The notes under the pieces were generated by a model. That model worked only from the letters and a program-made list of their open reading frames with translations, was not told where the DNA came from and did not search any database. Of a DNA stretch of 64,000 bases, positions 48,301-58,657 are shown piece by piece. Source of the DNA: Ignavibacteria bacterium (GTDB lineage: Bacteria > Bacteroidota > Ignavibacteria > UBA10030 > SZUA-254). The position numbers and the translations under genes were made by a program. How positions within the stretch are numbered: position 1 is the first letter of the stretch; the number at the start of each line of letters is the position of its first letter. The stretch lies in the NCBI GenBank assembly GCA_016178595.1, contig JACOSY010000014.1:4256-68255 (forward strand), in the 5' to 3' direction.

Positions 48301-51300
48301 CGGCGAATCCCTCAACAGTCACGGCGGGTAACACCACGTTGCTGACGGGAACGGTTACACCGGGTACAAACCCCTCAAGCACAGGCCTTGCCGTCACCGG
48401 AGACCTCAGTTCCATTGGCGGTTCAGCGACACAGCAATTTTATGACGACGCAACACACGGCGATGTGACGTCGGGAGATAATATGTTCTCCTTCTCCGCC
48501 ACCGTCGCACTGGCAACAACCGCAGGAGCTAAAACATTGCCATTGACGGTTACTGATGTGCAGTCCCGCAACGGAAGCGGATCTATTTCGCTGACAGTTA
48601 CCTCGCCGTCATGCCCAACAATTACGCTATCGCCCTCCACGTTGCCGAATGGAACAGTGGGGACAGCTTATAATCAAACCATCACGGCGAGCGGAGGAAC
48701 ATCACCCTATACCTTCGCGGTTACTGTTGGAACACTGCCTGCAGGTCTATCATTGTCCACCGGCGGCATTCTCTCGGGAACGCCAACGACGTCTGGGACA
48801 TCAAACTTCACCGTCACGGCAACTGATGCGAATACATGCACGGGCTTACAAGCATACTCATTGATAATTGATGCCGCTCCTCCTTCCGGCTCAATCAGTT
48901 TAACGGCGCTCGGTTCACCGTATACACAGGATTTTAACACGCTCGCGAACACCGGAACCTCGAGCACGGTGCCGACCGGCTGGGCATTCAGTGAAGCAGG
49001 GGCGAATGCAAATGGGGTATACTCGGCAGGCACAGGTTCTTCGACTAGCGGAGATACATGGAGTTTCGGTCCGACGTCGTCATCTGAACGAGCGTTCGGA
49101 GGTCTCCAGAGCGGATCTCTGAACCCAACGATCGGTGCGAATTTTACGAACAATACCGGCTCGACAATTGTCAGTCTCGCGATCTCGTATGCGGGAGAAG
49201 AGTGGCGGCTTGGCACGCGGAGCCGCTTTGATTCCTTGCGGTTCCAATTAAGCATCAATGCGACAAGTCTTACCACAGGAACATGGACGGCATACGGTGT
49301 GCTTGATCTCCGGACTCCGGATACATCGGGCGCAGCGGGATCAAGAGATGGCAACACAATTCGTTCGACGATTAGCTCGACAATCAGCGGCTTCTCTATT
49401 TCCAACGGCTCTACATTTTGGATTCGTTGGACAGATGTGGATGCAACGGGTTCAGATGATGGATTAGCCGTCGATGATTTCTCGCTAACTCCGAATGGTG
49501 CTTCACCGACAAATCCATCGGGTACCGGCGCCGCGAATCCCTCGACGGTCGCTGCCGGTAACTCCGCACTTCTCACGGTTACCGTTGCACCGGGAACGAA
49601 TCCTGCCAGTACTGGTTTGACAGTGACAGGAGATTTGAGCTCGATTGGCGGTTCGGCAACACAGCAATTCTTTGACGACGGATCTCACGGCGATGTCACG
49701 ACAGGTGATAATGTCTTCTCATTCCAGGCTACTGTTACAGTGGGAACAACAGCTGGAGCGAAGACGCTCTCGATCTCGATAGGAGATGCACAATCACGAA
49801 GCGGCTCCACAACCATCAGTCTCACCGTTCAGACTACCTGTCCTACAATTACACTGACTGCCCCACCACTTGCAAGCGGAACGGTGGGAGTAGCATACAA
49901 CCAACTCATCCAGGCAAGTGGCGGAACCGCACCGTATAGTTTTGCAAAGACAAGCGGTACATTACCGGCCGGTCTCACTCTCAATGCAAATGGCTCACTC
50001 ACGGGAACGCCAACCGCGGCTGGCGCTCCTTCATCTACAATCACAGCCACTGATTCGCTTGGATGCACGGGGAATAATTCCTATACAATAACCATTTCGT
50101 GCCCGACGATCGCACTTTCACCATCGTCGCTTCCCGATGGAAGTGTCGGTTCATCGTACAATCAAACGCTTAGCGCGAGTGGAGGGAGGTCGCCGTATTC
50201 GTTTGCGGTTACGTCCGGACTACTTCCGGGAGGAATGACACTTTCTTCCAGTGGCACACTCAGTGGGATTGCAAGCGCGTCGGGGAATTTCAGCTTCACG
50301 GTAACTGCGACCGACTCCTTCGGATGTATGGGCAGTCAGACATACACAATTATTATGAGTTGCCCATCGATTACAGTATCGCCTTCATCATTGCCGGGCG
50401 CAACGAACGGTACACCTTACAGTCAGCTCGTAACCGCAACTGGTGGTACGACTCCCTATACCTTCTCAGTGACAAGCGGATCATTGCCGACTGGAATTTC
50501 GCTCTCGAGTGCAGGTAGCTTGTCAGGAACACCAACTGTGACCGGCAGCTTTGACTTTACAATTCGAGCAATCGATAGTTCTGGATGTACAGGAACACGG
50601 CAGTATAGCATCATTGTTTCTTCTCCCGGGTGTCCGACAATTACACTCTCACCTTCGATTCTGCCGGATGGGACCAGTGGCACTGCATACAATCATCTCA
50701 TCACTGCGAGTGGTGGTGCAGCGCCGTATTCCTTTGGAGTATTAAGTGGTAGTCTGCCTCCGGGCATTAGCCTGTCGACTTCAGGAAACTTATCGGGGAT
50801 CCCAACGGCAAGTGGAGATTACAGTTTCACTATCAGCGCAACTGATAACTTAGGATGTGTCGGAACGCGAGGGTATAATCTCGCAGTCGCTCAAGGTTGT
50901 CCAATCATTGTGGTAGCCCCAACGACGATCCCCAATGGAATTGTCGGAGTTGCATACGCAGAGACACTGTCGGCAAGTGGAGGTATTGCACCGTATGTGT
51001 ATTCGCTTGGAAGCGGAAGTATTCCCGGTGGTCTCACTCTTTCATCAACAGGAATACTCTCTGGTACGCCAAACGGAGTGGATAGTACGAGTTTCACAGT
51101 AGCGGTAATCGACATGAATGGTTGTCCGGGTACGAAGCAATATTCGATCAAGATACTGCCGAATCCTCTGACTTCAATATCCGTGTCTGTCAAAGATCGA
51201 TGGAACCTGGTCTCAAATCCTCTGAAGACGAATAACGACTCAGTGGCCTTTCTCTTTGCCGGTGCAACGAGTCAGGCATTCGCTAATATTCCCGGATCCG

Positions 51301-52355
51301 GCTATCTACCTTCTTTGACTTTGAGCCAAGGAGTTGGATACTGGTTGAGATTCGATGTAAACCGGAAAGTGAATTTGACCGGCGTTGCAGTTGCGGCGGA
51401 ATCGGTCGATGTAGCTGACGGCTGGAATCTGATCGGATCGGTGTCATCGAAGATTCCTGCCTCGGCTCTCGCAGGGATTGGAACGAATGTACTCTCCCGG
51501 ATATTTGGATTCGATGGAAGTTACATCGCTGTTGATAGCATTGAGCCGGGAAAAGGCGTTTGGGTGAAGTGCGATGCACCCGGAAAGCTTGTCTTCTCAT
51601 CGGCGACTGGCATGATCCCATCTACATTGTCAAGAACTGCTGCGTACGATATGAAAGAATTTGACAAACTCGTCTTTACAGATGCCGATGGTGATCGACA
51701 GACATTATACCTCGGTGCGAATAGTGGCAGCGAAGTCGCTCTTGATCAATTTGCCCTTCCACCTTTTCCTCCTGCGAATGGTTTTGATGTCCGCTTCGAA
51801 GGTAATCGGATGTTGGAACTTTACCATCCTAACTCATTTTCGCAACAGATGTTTAAGATTATGATTCAAAGTCAAAGATATCCGATTACAGTTCGATGGG
51901 AAAGAGGCGCCGGGCCAACACAACGAATTTCACTGCGGAGTGTGAAAGGCGATCTTCTTGCAACGTCATCAGACTTGAATCGGTCCGGCACCTTCCGACT
52001 ATTAGACGATCGGGTGACATCGCTCGTAGTGAAAGTTCAGGATGCCAACCGGATTCCGGAGCAGGTGGTATTGTTTGAAAACTATCCGAATCCGTTCAAT
52101 CCTTCTACGAGGATTCGATTTGATCTACCGACAGAATCATTCGTAAGCCTGAAAATATTCAACACATTAGGACAGGAGGTCACGACTATCATTGACAACA
52201 GGCTTATGGAAGAGGGATTGCAGGAGGCTGAGTTCGACGCAGGATCTTTGTCGGCAGGTGTGTACGTATATCGGCTGACGGTAATTCCTCGTACTCAAGA
52301 GTCTGTATCAGCTATTCCTGTCATCACGTCGAAGAAGATGATTCTCTTGAAATAA
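45339..52355 (+). CDS. Large secreted protein with seven putative-Ig (He_PIG-like) repeats and T9SS C-terminal domain
   Basis: Signal peptide; CPTITLSP..LP.G...Y...ASGG..PY.F....G.LP.G repeats; ENYPNPFNP...KKMILLK; frame open from 45237. Confidence 0.92.
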   Translation: MMAFCYRRLCILCAFIVIFLMTICTYAQNSSEEIIGTPWIGGRGVALSTSEIMARARELNARGVQQPVRKHPEHEVDRKHLPLNPFSPNVSQWPPRPIEQKSTQESGVLAPQTLSTNFTGVTLADAGAFPPDGMGAIGPTQFIVDVNGRIRSFDKSTGIADGVLDVNTDVFFSSVMTPPLATNFTSDPRIRYDRLSGQWMAIMIDVPGGSGTQPNRILLAVSNTSTITLSTVWTYFYFRQDSVLPLGNANQFADYPTLGIDNNALYIGCNMFNSSGAFTGTTGFVVRKSSILGAGPIVVTAFRGLVSSASAAGPYTPQGVDNFDPSATEGYFIGVDNATFGTLMLRRVSNPGTTPSISSNISLTVLTTTFPVTVPHLGNTQGTSGELDALDDRLFAAVIRNGHLWTAHNIRVSNTGSVSGTTSRDAARWYDITNLGTTPSLTQSGTVYAATAANDTLQRNYWIPSVMVSGQGHVALGFSTAGVSEHANAGTVGRLSGDATGTMQTPLLYTASSTAYNPSSDPGGTSGRRWGDYSYTSLDPSDDMTMWTIQEFCDATNSWGCRVAKLLAPLPATPSATAPSSITTGTTVNVTVTGTSASGSGFFDPGTGFTNRLAASVNGGGVTVNSVTYTNPTSLTLNITVASNATAGGRTITATNPDGQSATSTSAILTINSGSCPTITLSPTTVPNGTVGTSYNQTITASGGTSPYTFAVTSGSLPAGLSLSSGGVISGTPTTAGNSNFTITATDGSGNNCTGSQSYSLTINAAVVTDIALTSLGSTYAQDFNTLASSGSSNTWTDNSTIPGWFASTTTYAASTGSSTTGALYSFGSSGSTERALGSLVTNGTGEISYGARFVNQTGSTITSLAISYTGEQWRNNGNTTAQTLAFQYQVANAGVLTSITSGTWTNFSSLDFTSPIHTSSASSLDGNSAANRTALSATLSVTAANGQEVWVRWRDVNDAGNDHGLAVDDFSLTPNGVSPTNPAVVGAANPSTVTAGNTTLLTGTVTPGTNPSSTGLAVTGDLSSIGGSATQQFYDDATHGDVTSGDNMFSFSATVALATTAGAKTLPLTVTDVQSRNGSGSISLTVTSPSCPTITLSPSTLPNGTVGTAYNQTITASGGTSPYTFAVTVGTLPAGLSLSTGGILSGTPTTSGTSNFTVTATDANTCTGLQAYSLIIDAAPPSGSISLTALGSPYTQDFNTLANTGTSSTVPTGWAFSEAGANANGVYSAGTGSSTSGDTWSFGPTSSSERAFGGLQSGSLNPTIGANFTNNTGSTIVSLAISYAGEEWRLGTRSRFDSLRFQLSINATSLTTGTWTAYGVLDLRTPDTSGAAGSRDGNTIRSTISSTISGFSISNGSTFWIRWTDVDATGSDDGLAVDDFSLTPNGASPTNPSGTGAANPSTVAAGNSALLTVTVAPGTNPASTGLTVTGDLSSIGGSATQQFFDDGSHGDVTTGDNVFSFQATVTVGTTAGAKTLSISIGDAQSRSGSTTISLTVQTTCPTITLTAPPLASGTVGVAYNQLIQASGGTAPYSFAKTSGTLPAGLTLNANGSLTGTPTAAGAPSSTITATDSLGCTGNNSYTITISCPTIALSPSSLPDGSVGSSYNQTLSASGGRSPYSFAVTSGLLPGGMTLSSSGTLSGIASASGNFSFTVTATDSFGCMGSQTYTIIMSCPSITVSPSSLPGATNGTPYSQLVTATGGTTPYTFSVTSGSLPTGISLSSAGSLSGTPTVTGSFDFTIRAIDSSGCTGTRQYSIIVSSPGCPTITLSPSILPDGTSGTAYNHLITASGGAAPYSFGVLSGSLPPGISLSTSGNLSGIPTASGDYSFTISATDNLGCVGTRGYNLAVAQGCPIIVVAPTTIPNGIVGVAYAETLSASGGIAPYVYSLGSGSIPGGLTLSSTGILSGTPNGVDSTSFTVAVIDMNGCPGTKQYSIKILPNPLTSISVSVKDRWNLVSNPLKTNNDSVAFLFAGATSQAFANIPGSGYLPSLTLSQGVGYWLRFDVNRKVNLTGVAVAAESVDVADGWNLIGSVSSKIPASALAGIGTNVLSRIFGFDGSYIAVDSIEPGKGVWVKCDAPGKLVFSSATGMIPSTLSRTAAYDMKEFDKLVFTDADGDRQTLYLGANSGSEVALDQFALPPFPPANGFDVRFEGNRMLELYHPNSFSQQMFKIMIQSQRYPITVRWERGAGPTQRISLRSVKGDLLATSSDLNRSGTFRLLDDRVTSLVVKVQDANRIPEQVVLFENYPNPFNPSTRIRFDLPTESFVSLKIFNTLGQEVTTIIDNRLMEEGLQEAEFDAGSLSAGVYVYRLTVIPRTQESVSAIPVITSKKMILLK

Positions 52356-52383
52356 CAGTTCGTTTCATTATGGAAGCAACAGA

Positions 52384-52414
52384 GAAAGCCTTTCGCTCTT
52401 CATGAAAGGCTTTC
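52384..52414 (+). terminator. Rho-independent terminator
   Basis: GAAAGCCTTTC...GAAAGGCTTTC followed by GTATTTTT. Confidence 0.7.
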
Positions 52415-52480
52415 GTATTTTTGCCATCGCCTCATGCAAAGTCAGTTTGAATTGTCGATCCAATTTCGTATCCTTGCATC

Positions 52481-53203
52481 GTGGATATCCAGGTAGGAAA
52501 TATACGGGAGAAGATTCTTGAGGGCGTTCTGTGGTACCTTGCGTTCCTCTTCTCCACGACTCTTCACGAAGCTTCACACGCCTTTACCGCAATGAAGCTT
52601 GGCGACTTGACGGCCTATCAGGGGGGACATGTTACGCTCGATCCTATTCCTCACGTTCGCAGGGAACCGATTGGAACTGTCGTCGTCCCGATTCTTTCGT
52701 ACATCTTCGGTGGCTGGATGATTGGGTGGGCGAGCATTCCCTACGATCCCGAGTGGGCGCTCACCTATCCCCGGCGTGCAGCGATCATGTCGCTTGCCGG
52801 ACCGCTCGCCAATTTTGCGCTCGTTCTTCTCACGGCGATACTCATTCGAACAGGCATGGCATTCGGCATTTTATTTCCGCCGGAATCGATCAACTTTACC
52901 CATGTAACGGCTGCGACTCATCACGGGTTCTTTGAGCCGGTTGCAATGTTTCTCAGCATCCTTTTCTCACTGAACTTACTTCTCTTCCTGTTCAATCTTT
53001 TACCGGTTCCGCCGTTGGATGGAAGCGGCATTGCTCCTATTTTTATGGGTGAGGAGCAAGCTCGACGCTATCTCGTCTTCGTCCGAAATTCTTCGTTTGC
53101 CTTTTTTGGTTTGCTCGTTGCGTGGAATCTCTTCGGTTACATCTACAGCCCGATTCACCTCATTGCGATCAATTTATTGTATCCGGGGTCCCATTACCGA
53201 TAG
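52481..53203 (+). CDS. Site-2 protease (peptidase M50)
   Basis: HEASH, LAGP.AN, FNLLPVPPLDGS. Confidence 0.93.
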   Translation: MDIQVGNIREKILEGVLWYLAFLFSTTLHEASHAFTAMKLGDLTAYQGGHVTLDPIPHVRREPIGTVVVPILSYIFGGWMIGWASIPYDPEWALTYPRRAAIMSLAGPLANFALVLLTAILIRTGMAFGILFPPESINFTHVTAATHHGFFEPVAMFLSILFSLNLLLFLFNLLPVPPLDGSGIAPIFMGEEQARRYLVFVRNSSFAFFGLLVAWNLFGYIYSPIHLIAINLLYPGSHYR

Positions 53204-53275
53204 GCTTCCGTACGTTGCTTTGAAAGAATTGCCGGAATTCGTATCTTGCAAGCACGATCATGGTAAAGGAGCGAC

Positions 53276-54937
53276 ATGAGCACAAACCATAATGAAATTC
53301 GGACGGAGAAGAAGAAATGGGCGGAAAAGGCGAACCGCTCGCAGACGCTGCCGATGAAGTTCACAACAGTGTCCGGCGAACCCATCAACATGCTCTACAC
53401 GCCGGATGACATTGCTCATCTCAATTACCTCACTGACATTGGCTTTCCCGGAGAGTTCCCGTACACTCGCGGCATTCACAGCACGATGTATCGCGGCAAG
53501 ATGTGGACGATGCGTCAGTTTGCCGGCTTTGGAACTCCTGAAGATACGAACAAGCGCTATCACTATCTGCTGAACCACGGCCAGCACGGTCTTTCTGTCG
53601 CGTTCGATCTTCCAACACTGATGGGACGCGATGCCGATGATCCCCAGTCGGAAGGAGAAGTCGGAATATGCGGTGTGGCTATCAGCTCGCTTGCCGATAT
53701 GGAAATCCTCTTCAAAGGAATTCATCTCGCTGATATCTCGACCTCCATGACGATTAACGCTCCGGCAGCGATGCTGCTGGCGTTCTACATTGCTGTTGCG
53801 GAAAAGCAAGGTGCGCAGCCCCAACAGTTGCGCGGGACAATTCAGGCGGACATCCTCAAGGAATATATCGCGCAGAAAGAGTGGATCTATCCGCCACATC
53901 CATCCATGCGAATTATCACCGACATGTTCGAGTACTGCACTCGCGAGATGCAGCAGTGGAATCCGATCTCTGTGAGCGGCTATCATATCCGCGAGGCGGG
54001 ATCGACCGCAGTGCAGGAGCTTGCCTTCACACTTGCCGATGGCTTCGCGTACATGGAAGCAGGAATAGCGAAGGGACTCGCCATCGACGATTTTGCGCCG
54101 CACATTTCGTTCTTTTTCAATTCCCATATCGACTTCTTCGAGGAGATCGCGAAGTATCGCGCCGCCCGGCGCATCTATGCCCGGCGCATGCGTGACAAGT
54201 ACGGCGCGAAGAATCCACGCTCGTGGATGCTTCGATTCCATACGCAGACGGCGGGATGTTCTTTGACTGCACAACAGCCGGAGAACAACATCGTCCGGAC
54301 AGCGTACGAGGCGCTTGCCGGCGTCCTTGGCGGTACGCAGTCGCTCCACACAAACTCGATGGATGAGACGCTCGCTCTTCCATCCGAGAAGGCAGTGAAG
54401 ATTGCACTCCGCACACAGCAAATCATCGCGTACGAGACAGGCGTTGCTAACACCGTCGATCCGCTGGCCGGCAGCTATTTCGTCGAGGCATTGACGGATA
54501 AAATGGAGAAAGAAGCCGAGGCGTACTTCGAGAAGATCGATGCTCTCGGCGGAGTCATACCGGCGATTGAGGCGGGATTTTTCCAGCGCGAGATTGCCGA
54601 TGCTGCGTATCGATATCAGCAAGAGCTTGACCGGAAGGAGAAGATCATCGTTGGCGTGAACGATTTCATCGAAGAGAACGAGAAAATCGAAATTCCTCTC
54701 CTCCAGATATCACCCGAAGTCGAGATCAAGCAGCGCAAACGAATCGAGGAAGTTCGTGCGAGCCGCGATGATCAAAAAGTGATCGATACACTTGATGCAT
54801 TGAGGATAGCTGCTGAAGATGGATTGAATCTCATACCGCGGCTCCTCGATTGCACGCGTGCGTACGTGACGCTGGGGGAAATGTGCAACGCACTGGCCGA
54901 GGTGTTCGGCGTCTACGAAGAACCAGCCGTCTTCTAA
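53276..54937 (+). CDS. Methylmalonyl-CoA mutase family, substrate-binding (large) subunit
   Basis: [36 protein letters not shown]; no B12-binding domain. Confidence 0.95.
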   Translation: MSTNHNEIRTEKKKWAEKANRSQTLPMKFTTVSGEPINMLYTPDDIAHLNYLTDIGFPGEFPYTRGIHSTMYRGKMWTMRQFAGFGTPEDTNKRYHYLLNHGQHGLSVAFDLPTLMGRDADDPQSEGEVGICGVAISSLADMEILFKGIHLADISTSMTINAPAAMLLAFYIAVAEKQGAQPQQLRGTIQADILKEYIAQKEWIYPPHPSMRIITDMFEYCTREMQQWNPISVSGYHIREAGSTAVQELAFTLADGFAYMEAGIAKGLAIDDFAPHISFFFNSHIDFFEEIAKYRAARRIYARRMRDKYGAKNPRSWMLRFHTQTAGCSLTAQQPENNIVRTAYEALAGVLGGTQSLHTNSMDETLALPSEKAVKIALRTQQIIAYETGVANTVDPLAGSYFVEALTDKMEKEAEAYFEKIDALGGVIPAIEAGFFQREIADAAYRYQQELDRKEKIIVGVNDFIEENEKIEIPLLQISPEVEIKQRKRIEEVRASRDDQKVIDTLDALRIAAEDGLNLIPRLLDCTRAYVTLGEMCNALAEVFGVYEEPAVF

Positions 54938-54939
54938 AC

Positions 54940-55821
54940 TTGTTGACTCAACTTCGCTACATCGCAGCCTCGATGAGGCTGCAGCAGTGGATCAAGAACT
55001 TCTTTCTGTTCGCGGCGCTCGTTTTCTCCGGCAACTTGTTCAATCTTGTCGATGTCTACCGCGTCTTCATCGGCTTTCTCTTCTTCTCAGGCGTAGCAAG
55101 CGGCATCTATATCTTCAATGACATCGCCGACCTCGGGAACGACAAGCTTCATCCCACCAAATCGCGGCGACCACTCCCATCGGGCAAACTGAGCGTTCGG
55201 ACCGCACGCGTTGCTTCGTTCGTCCTTCTCGCGCTTGGCGTATTTGGCGGTTATATACTTGATCCATCCTTCGCGATCATACTCGCCGTGTATCTTGTGC
55301 TCAACATTCTCTATTCGTTCAAGCTCAAACATGTCGTTATCCTGGATGTCATGACTGTTTCCGCGGGCTTCGTGCTGCGTGTAATCGCCGGGGCAGTGCT
55401 CATCAATGTCCCGACGTCGGAGTGGCTTATCGTCTGCACCATTCTGCTGTCGCTCTTTCTTGGATTCAGCAAACGCAGGCATGAGCTAACGATCCTTGAG
55501 ACTCAAGCGAATACGCACCGATCGGTGCTCGAGCACTATAACCCGTACTTTCTCGATCAGATGATCGGGATTGTCACCGCCTCGACCGTCATGTCCTACA
55601 CTCTCTACACGATCTCCGACGAAACCGTGCGGAAGTATGGAACCAATCGTCTCATCTACACCGTGCCGTTTGTGCTTTATGGTATTTTTCGTTATTTATA
55701 TTTAGTTCACAAGCGTGTTGAAGGAGGGAATCCGACCAAGATTGCTTTGACGGATCTGCCGCTGCTTGCGAACATTGTACTGTGGATTCTCACAGCAAGC
55801 ATTATCATTTACGGACGTTAA
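54940..55821 (+). CDS. UbiA-family decaprenyl-phosphate phosphoribosyltransferase-like protein
   Basis: QWIKN, YIFNDIAD...DKLHPTKSRRPLPSG, KRRHE; TTG start assumed (alternative ATG at 54973). Confidence 0.9.
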   Translation: MLTQLRYIAASMRLQQWIKNFFLFAALVFSGNLFNLVDVYRVFIGFLFFSGVASGIYIFNDIADLGNDKLHPTKSRRPLPSGKLSVRTARVASFVLLALGVFGGYILDPSFAIILAVYLVLNILYSFKLKHVVILDVMTVSAGFVLRVIAGAVLINVPTSEWLIVCTILLSLFLGFSKRRHELTILETQANTHRSVLEHYNPYFLDQMIGIVTASTVMSYTLYTISDETVRKYGTNRLIYTVPFVLYGIFRYLYLVHKRVEGGNPTKIALTDLPLLANIVLWILTASIIIYGR

Positions 55822-55826
55822 GGGCT

Positions 55827-56954
55827 ATGGTAAAATCGAAAGTTGCAGTTCTCAAGACCCGGCCTGCTACGATTCTTGAAGATGTGGAACGCCTCATGAA
55901 GATGGGAGGAATGGAAGAAGCGCTCCGAAAAGACGTGTCCACCATTCTGAAGGATAATATCTCCTGGCATTTTCCATTTCCTGCCGCAAACACAACGCCG
56001 TGGCAAATGGAAGGAACAATTCTCGCGCTGCGAAACGCCGGCTACAACGATCTCGTCTGCGTGCAGAACAAGACTGTCGTAACGAACACCTTCAAGGGCG
56101 AAGACCTCAATAACTATGTTCCGATCTTCAAGCGCTACGCTATCCCGGTTCTCTACAATTTCCGCGAGAGCGACATGCGATGGATTACCTATGCGCCGAA
56201 GACGAAGATGCACGTCCTCGATAAGATTTATCCGGAAGGAATAACGATTCCCGATTACTTCCTCGGCAAGAATATCGTTCACCTGCCGACTGTCAAGTGC
56301 CACATCTACACGACGACGACCGGTGCGATGAAGAATGCATTCGGCGGATTGTTGAATACCAAACGACACTACACGCATAGCTGGATTCACAAGACGCTTG
56401 TCGATTTGCTTGCGATCCAGAAGGAAATTCACTCAGGCATTTTTGCCGTGATGGATGGAACGACCGCCGGTAATGGCCCCGGCCCGCGCACGATGTTCCC
56501 GGTTGTGAAGGACTATATGCTTGCCAGCGCCGATCAGGTCGCCATCGACGCCGTTGCGGCGAAGATGATGGGTTTCGATCCGATGAGCATCGAGTATATC
56601 AACGTCGCGCATCAGGATAAACTTGGCGTCGGTGATGTGAGAGATATCGAGATCGTTGGCGCGGATATCTCGAACGAATCGTGGGGATTCACCGTCGGCA
56701 ACAACGGCGTCAGTCTCTTCGGTAATCTCGCGTGGTTTGGTCCACTCAAAGGCATGCAGAAACTGTTCTTCCACACGCCGATGGTTCATGCGTTCATTCT
56801 CGGTTCCGAAGCGTATCACGATTACTATCGCTGGCCGCTGAAGGACCGGAAGACGTTTGAGGATTGGAGGAAGAACACCCATTGGGGACAGCTCTTCCGA
56901 CAATATGAAAGTGGGGAAGTGTGGGAGGAAAGAGCAGTGAGCGTAGAGCATTGA
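55827..56954 (+). CDS. DUF362 domain protein
   Basis: HLPTVKCH, TGAMKNAFG, SADQVAIDAVAAKMMGFDP. Confidence 0.85.
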   Translation: MVKSKVAVLKTRPATILEDVERLMKMGGMEEALRKDVSTILKDNISWHFPFPAANTTPWQMEGTILALRNAGYNDLVCVQNKTVVTNTFKGEDLNNYVPIFKRYAIPVLYNFRESDMRWITYAPKTKMHVLDKIYPEGITIPDYFLGKNIVHLPTVKCHIYTTTTGAMKNAFGGLLNTKRHYTHSWIHKTLVDLLAIQKEIHSGIFAVMDGTTAGNGPGPRTMFPVVKDYMLASADQVAIDAVAAKMMGFDPMSIEYINVAHQDKLGVGDVRDIEIVGADISNESWGFTVGNNGVSLFGNLAWFGPLKGMQKLFFHTPMVHAFILGSEAYHDYYRWPLKDRKTFEDWRKNTHWGQLFRQYESGEVWEERAVSVEH

Positions 56955-56973
56955 GTTTAGAGCATAGGGCGGA
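56932..56973 (+). repeat. Degenerate heptamer tandem repeat
   Basis: GAGCAGT GAGCGTA GAGCATT GAGTTTA GAGCATA GGGCGGA. Confidence 0.6.
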
Positions 56974-57100
56974 AGAAGCAAAGTACTCATGACCGATGAC
57001 ATTCTTGCGATTCGTTATCTGTTAATCGACAACTCATAACACGTAAGCGGTACCTCCTATCCTTATTCAGCATTCTGAATTCACACTTCTAAAATCCTCC

Positions 57101-58003
57101 TTGTCTTCCCAACGTCGCGCAGAACTTTTTCTTCTCTCGATTACGATCATCTGGGGAAGCACATTCGTCATCACCAAATCGCTGCTCGAGGCGTACCCTC
57201 CTTATCTGTATACTGCCGTCAGGTTCCTGCTCTCCGCGCTGATTCTGGTTCCGTTCTTTGCCAAGCGTATTCGTGCTACGACACGCTCGGCGATTCGGCA
57301 TGGCATCGTGCTTGGGATATTTCTGTTCATTGGGTTTGTTACCCAAACTGTCGGATTGAAGTACACGACGGCGTCGAAGTCGGCGTTCTTCACCGGCATG
57401 CTCACCGTCCTGACGCCGATTGTGCACGTTATCGCGCAGAAGTACTTGCCGCTGCAGCACCGTGCGATCAGGGTTGGAAACATACTCGGGGTTGCGCTTG
57501 CCGGACTTGGCTTGTATCTGCTGACCTCGCCTGTGGGCGGCAGCTTCAATGTCGGTGACGGACTGACGCTCATCTGTGCGCTCATGTTTGCTTGCTACAT
57601 CGTCTACCTCGACTATGCGTCATCGGAGCCGGACATGATACAGATAACGTTCGTTATGTTCCTCGTCTGCGGATTGCTTGCTTCCGTCTTTGCGCTCGGC
57701 GAGGAAGGAGTAGCGGTCGATTTCTCAACGAAGTACATTCTTGCGATGCTGTACCTTATCGTCTTTGCAACCGTTATTACGATGGCTCTGCAAAACCGTT
57801 ACCAGGGCGACACGACTCCGACGCGTACAGCGGTTATCTTTGCGATCGAGCCGGTGGTTGCAGGGATTTTTGCATACGTTGTTCGCGGGGAAATGATCGG
57901 TGTTGCAGGAATGATCGGCGGCGGGATGATTCTTCTCGGACTCTTTGCCTCGGAGTTCTCTGATGCTGTGCCGGTACTGCGGAGGAACGTCACGGGGATG
58001 TAG
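57101..58003 (+). CDS. DMT/EamA family transporter
   Basis: IWGSTF, QTVGLKYTTASKSAFFTG, FAIEPV; about ten TM helices. Confidence 0.92.
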   Translation: MSSQRRAELFLLSITIIWGSTFVITKSLLEAYPPYLYTAVRFLLSALILVPFFAKRIRATTRSAIRHGIVLGIFLFIGFVTQTVGLKYTTASKSAFFTGMLTVLTPIVHVIAQKYLPLQHRAIRVGNILGVALAGLGLYLLTSPVGGSFNVGDGLTLICALMFACYIVYLDYASSEPDMIQITFVMFLVCGLLASVFALGEEGVAVDFSTKYILAMLYLIVFATVITMALQNRYQGDTTPTRTAVIFAIEPVVAGIFAYVVRGEMIGVAGMIGGGMILLGLFASEFSDAVPVLRRNVTGM

Positions 58004-58168
58004 CAAGCATTCTCACCGACATCTATCACACTCGTGTGCGGAATCATTCCACCACAAAATAACAAGGGCAGGATCGATCTGCAGATGAACCCCGCCCTTT
58101 ACTGATTACGCATTATTACTCCTTTACTCCTCCCATGTTCGTTAGGCCTGAACGGACACGGGTACACC

Positions 58169-58552
58169 CTACGCAGCGGCCTTGGTAACTGCGTTGGTCT
58201 TCGCTTTCCGCTCGGGCCGCTTGTACTCACCGGCTTTCTTGAGTCCCATCGAAGCGACTTCGTCCGAGTCTTCGCCGAACTGGACGCTCACCGCTTTCTT
58301 GGCTTGCTTCATCGCCAGGTGGAACACGCGATCGGCGGCATCTGCCGCGTCTCGCTTCGCATTCCAGGCGTCGGAGGCAAGTTTCTCCTGGGCGCGGGCG
58401 GCAATCCTTGCATCGGCGAGCGCTTGGATCGCGTCCACCTTCACATCGGGATTATTGGGGTTGTACCCTGTCATTTCTTTCAGGGCAACGAGAGAGGCCG
58501 CGTCGTCGCGGATCGTATCCTGCGGGACGGGTCTCGGTTGTTTTGTAGCCAT
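58169..58552 (-). CDS. Small alpha-helical hypothetical protein with basic tail
   Basis: 127 aa; AGGAG SD; YNPNNP, Ala-rich helices, QFGEDSDEVASMGLKK..EYKRP.RK. Confidence 0.85.
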   Translation of the reverse strand: MATKQPRPVPQDTIRDDAASLVALKEMTGYNPNNPDVKVDAIQALADARIAARAQEKLASDAWNAKRDAADAADRVFHLAMKQAKKAVSVQFGEDSDEVASMGLKKAGEYKRPERKAKTNAVTKAAA

Positions 58553-58657
58553 TGTCTGGCTCCTATGTATTGTGATACATCAGTGATTTAAGCCCAACTT
58601 GTGCTGGGCTGCCTCCAAGGTACGGGCTGGCAGGGAAAGTCTCAAATCGCGTGTGAT

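Noticed and set aside
53258-54622. 454-aa minus-strand ORF
   Set aside because: Antisense shadow of the methylmalonyl-CoA mutase gene
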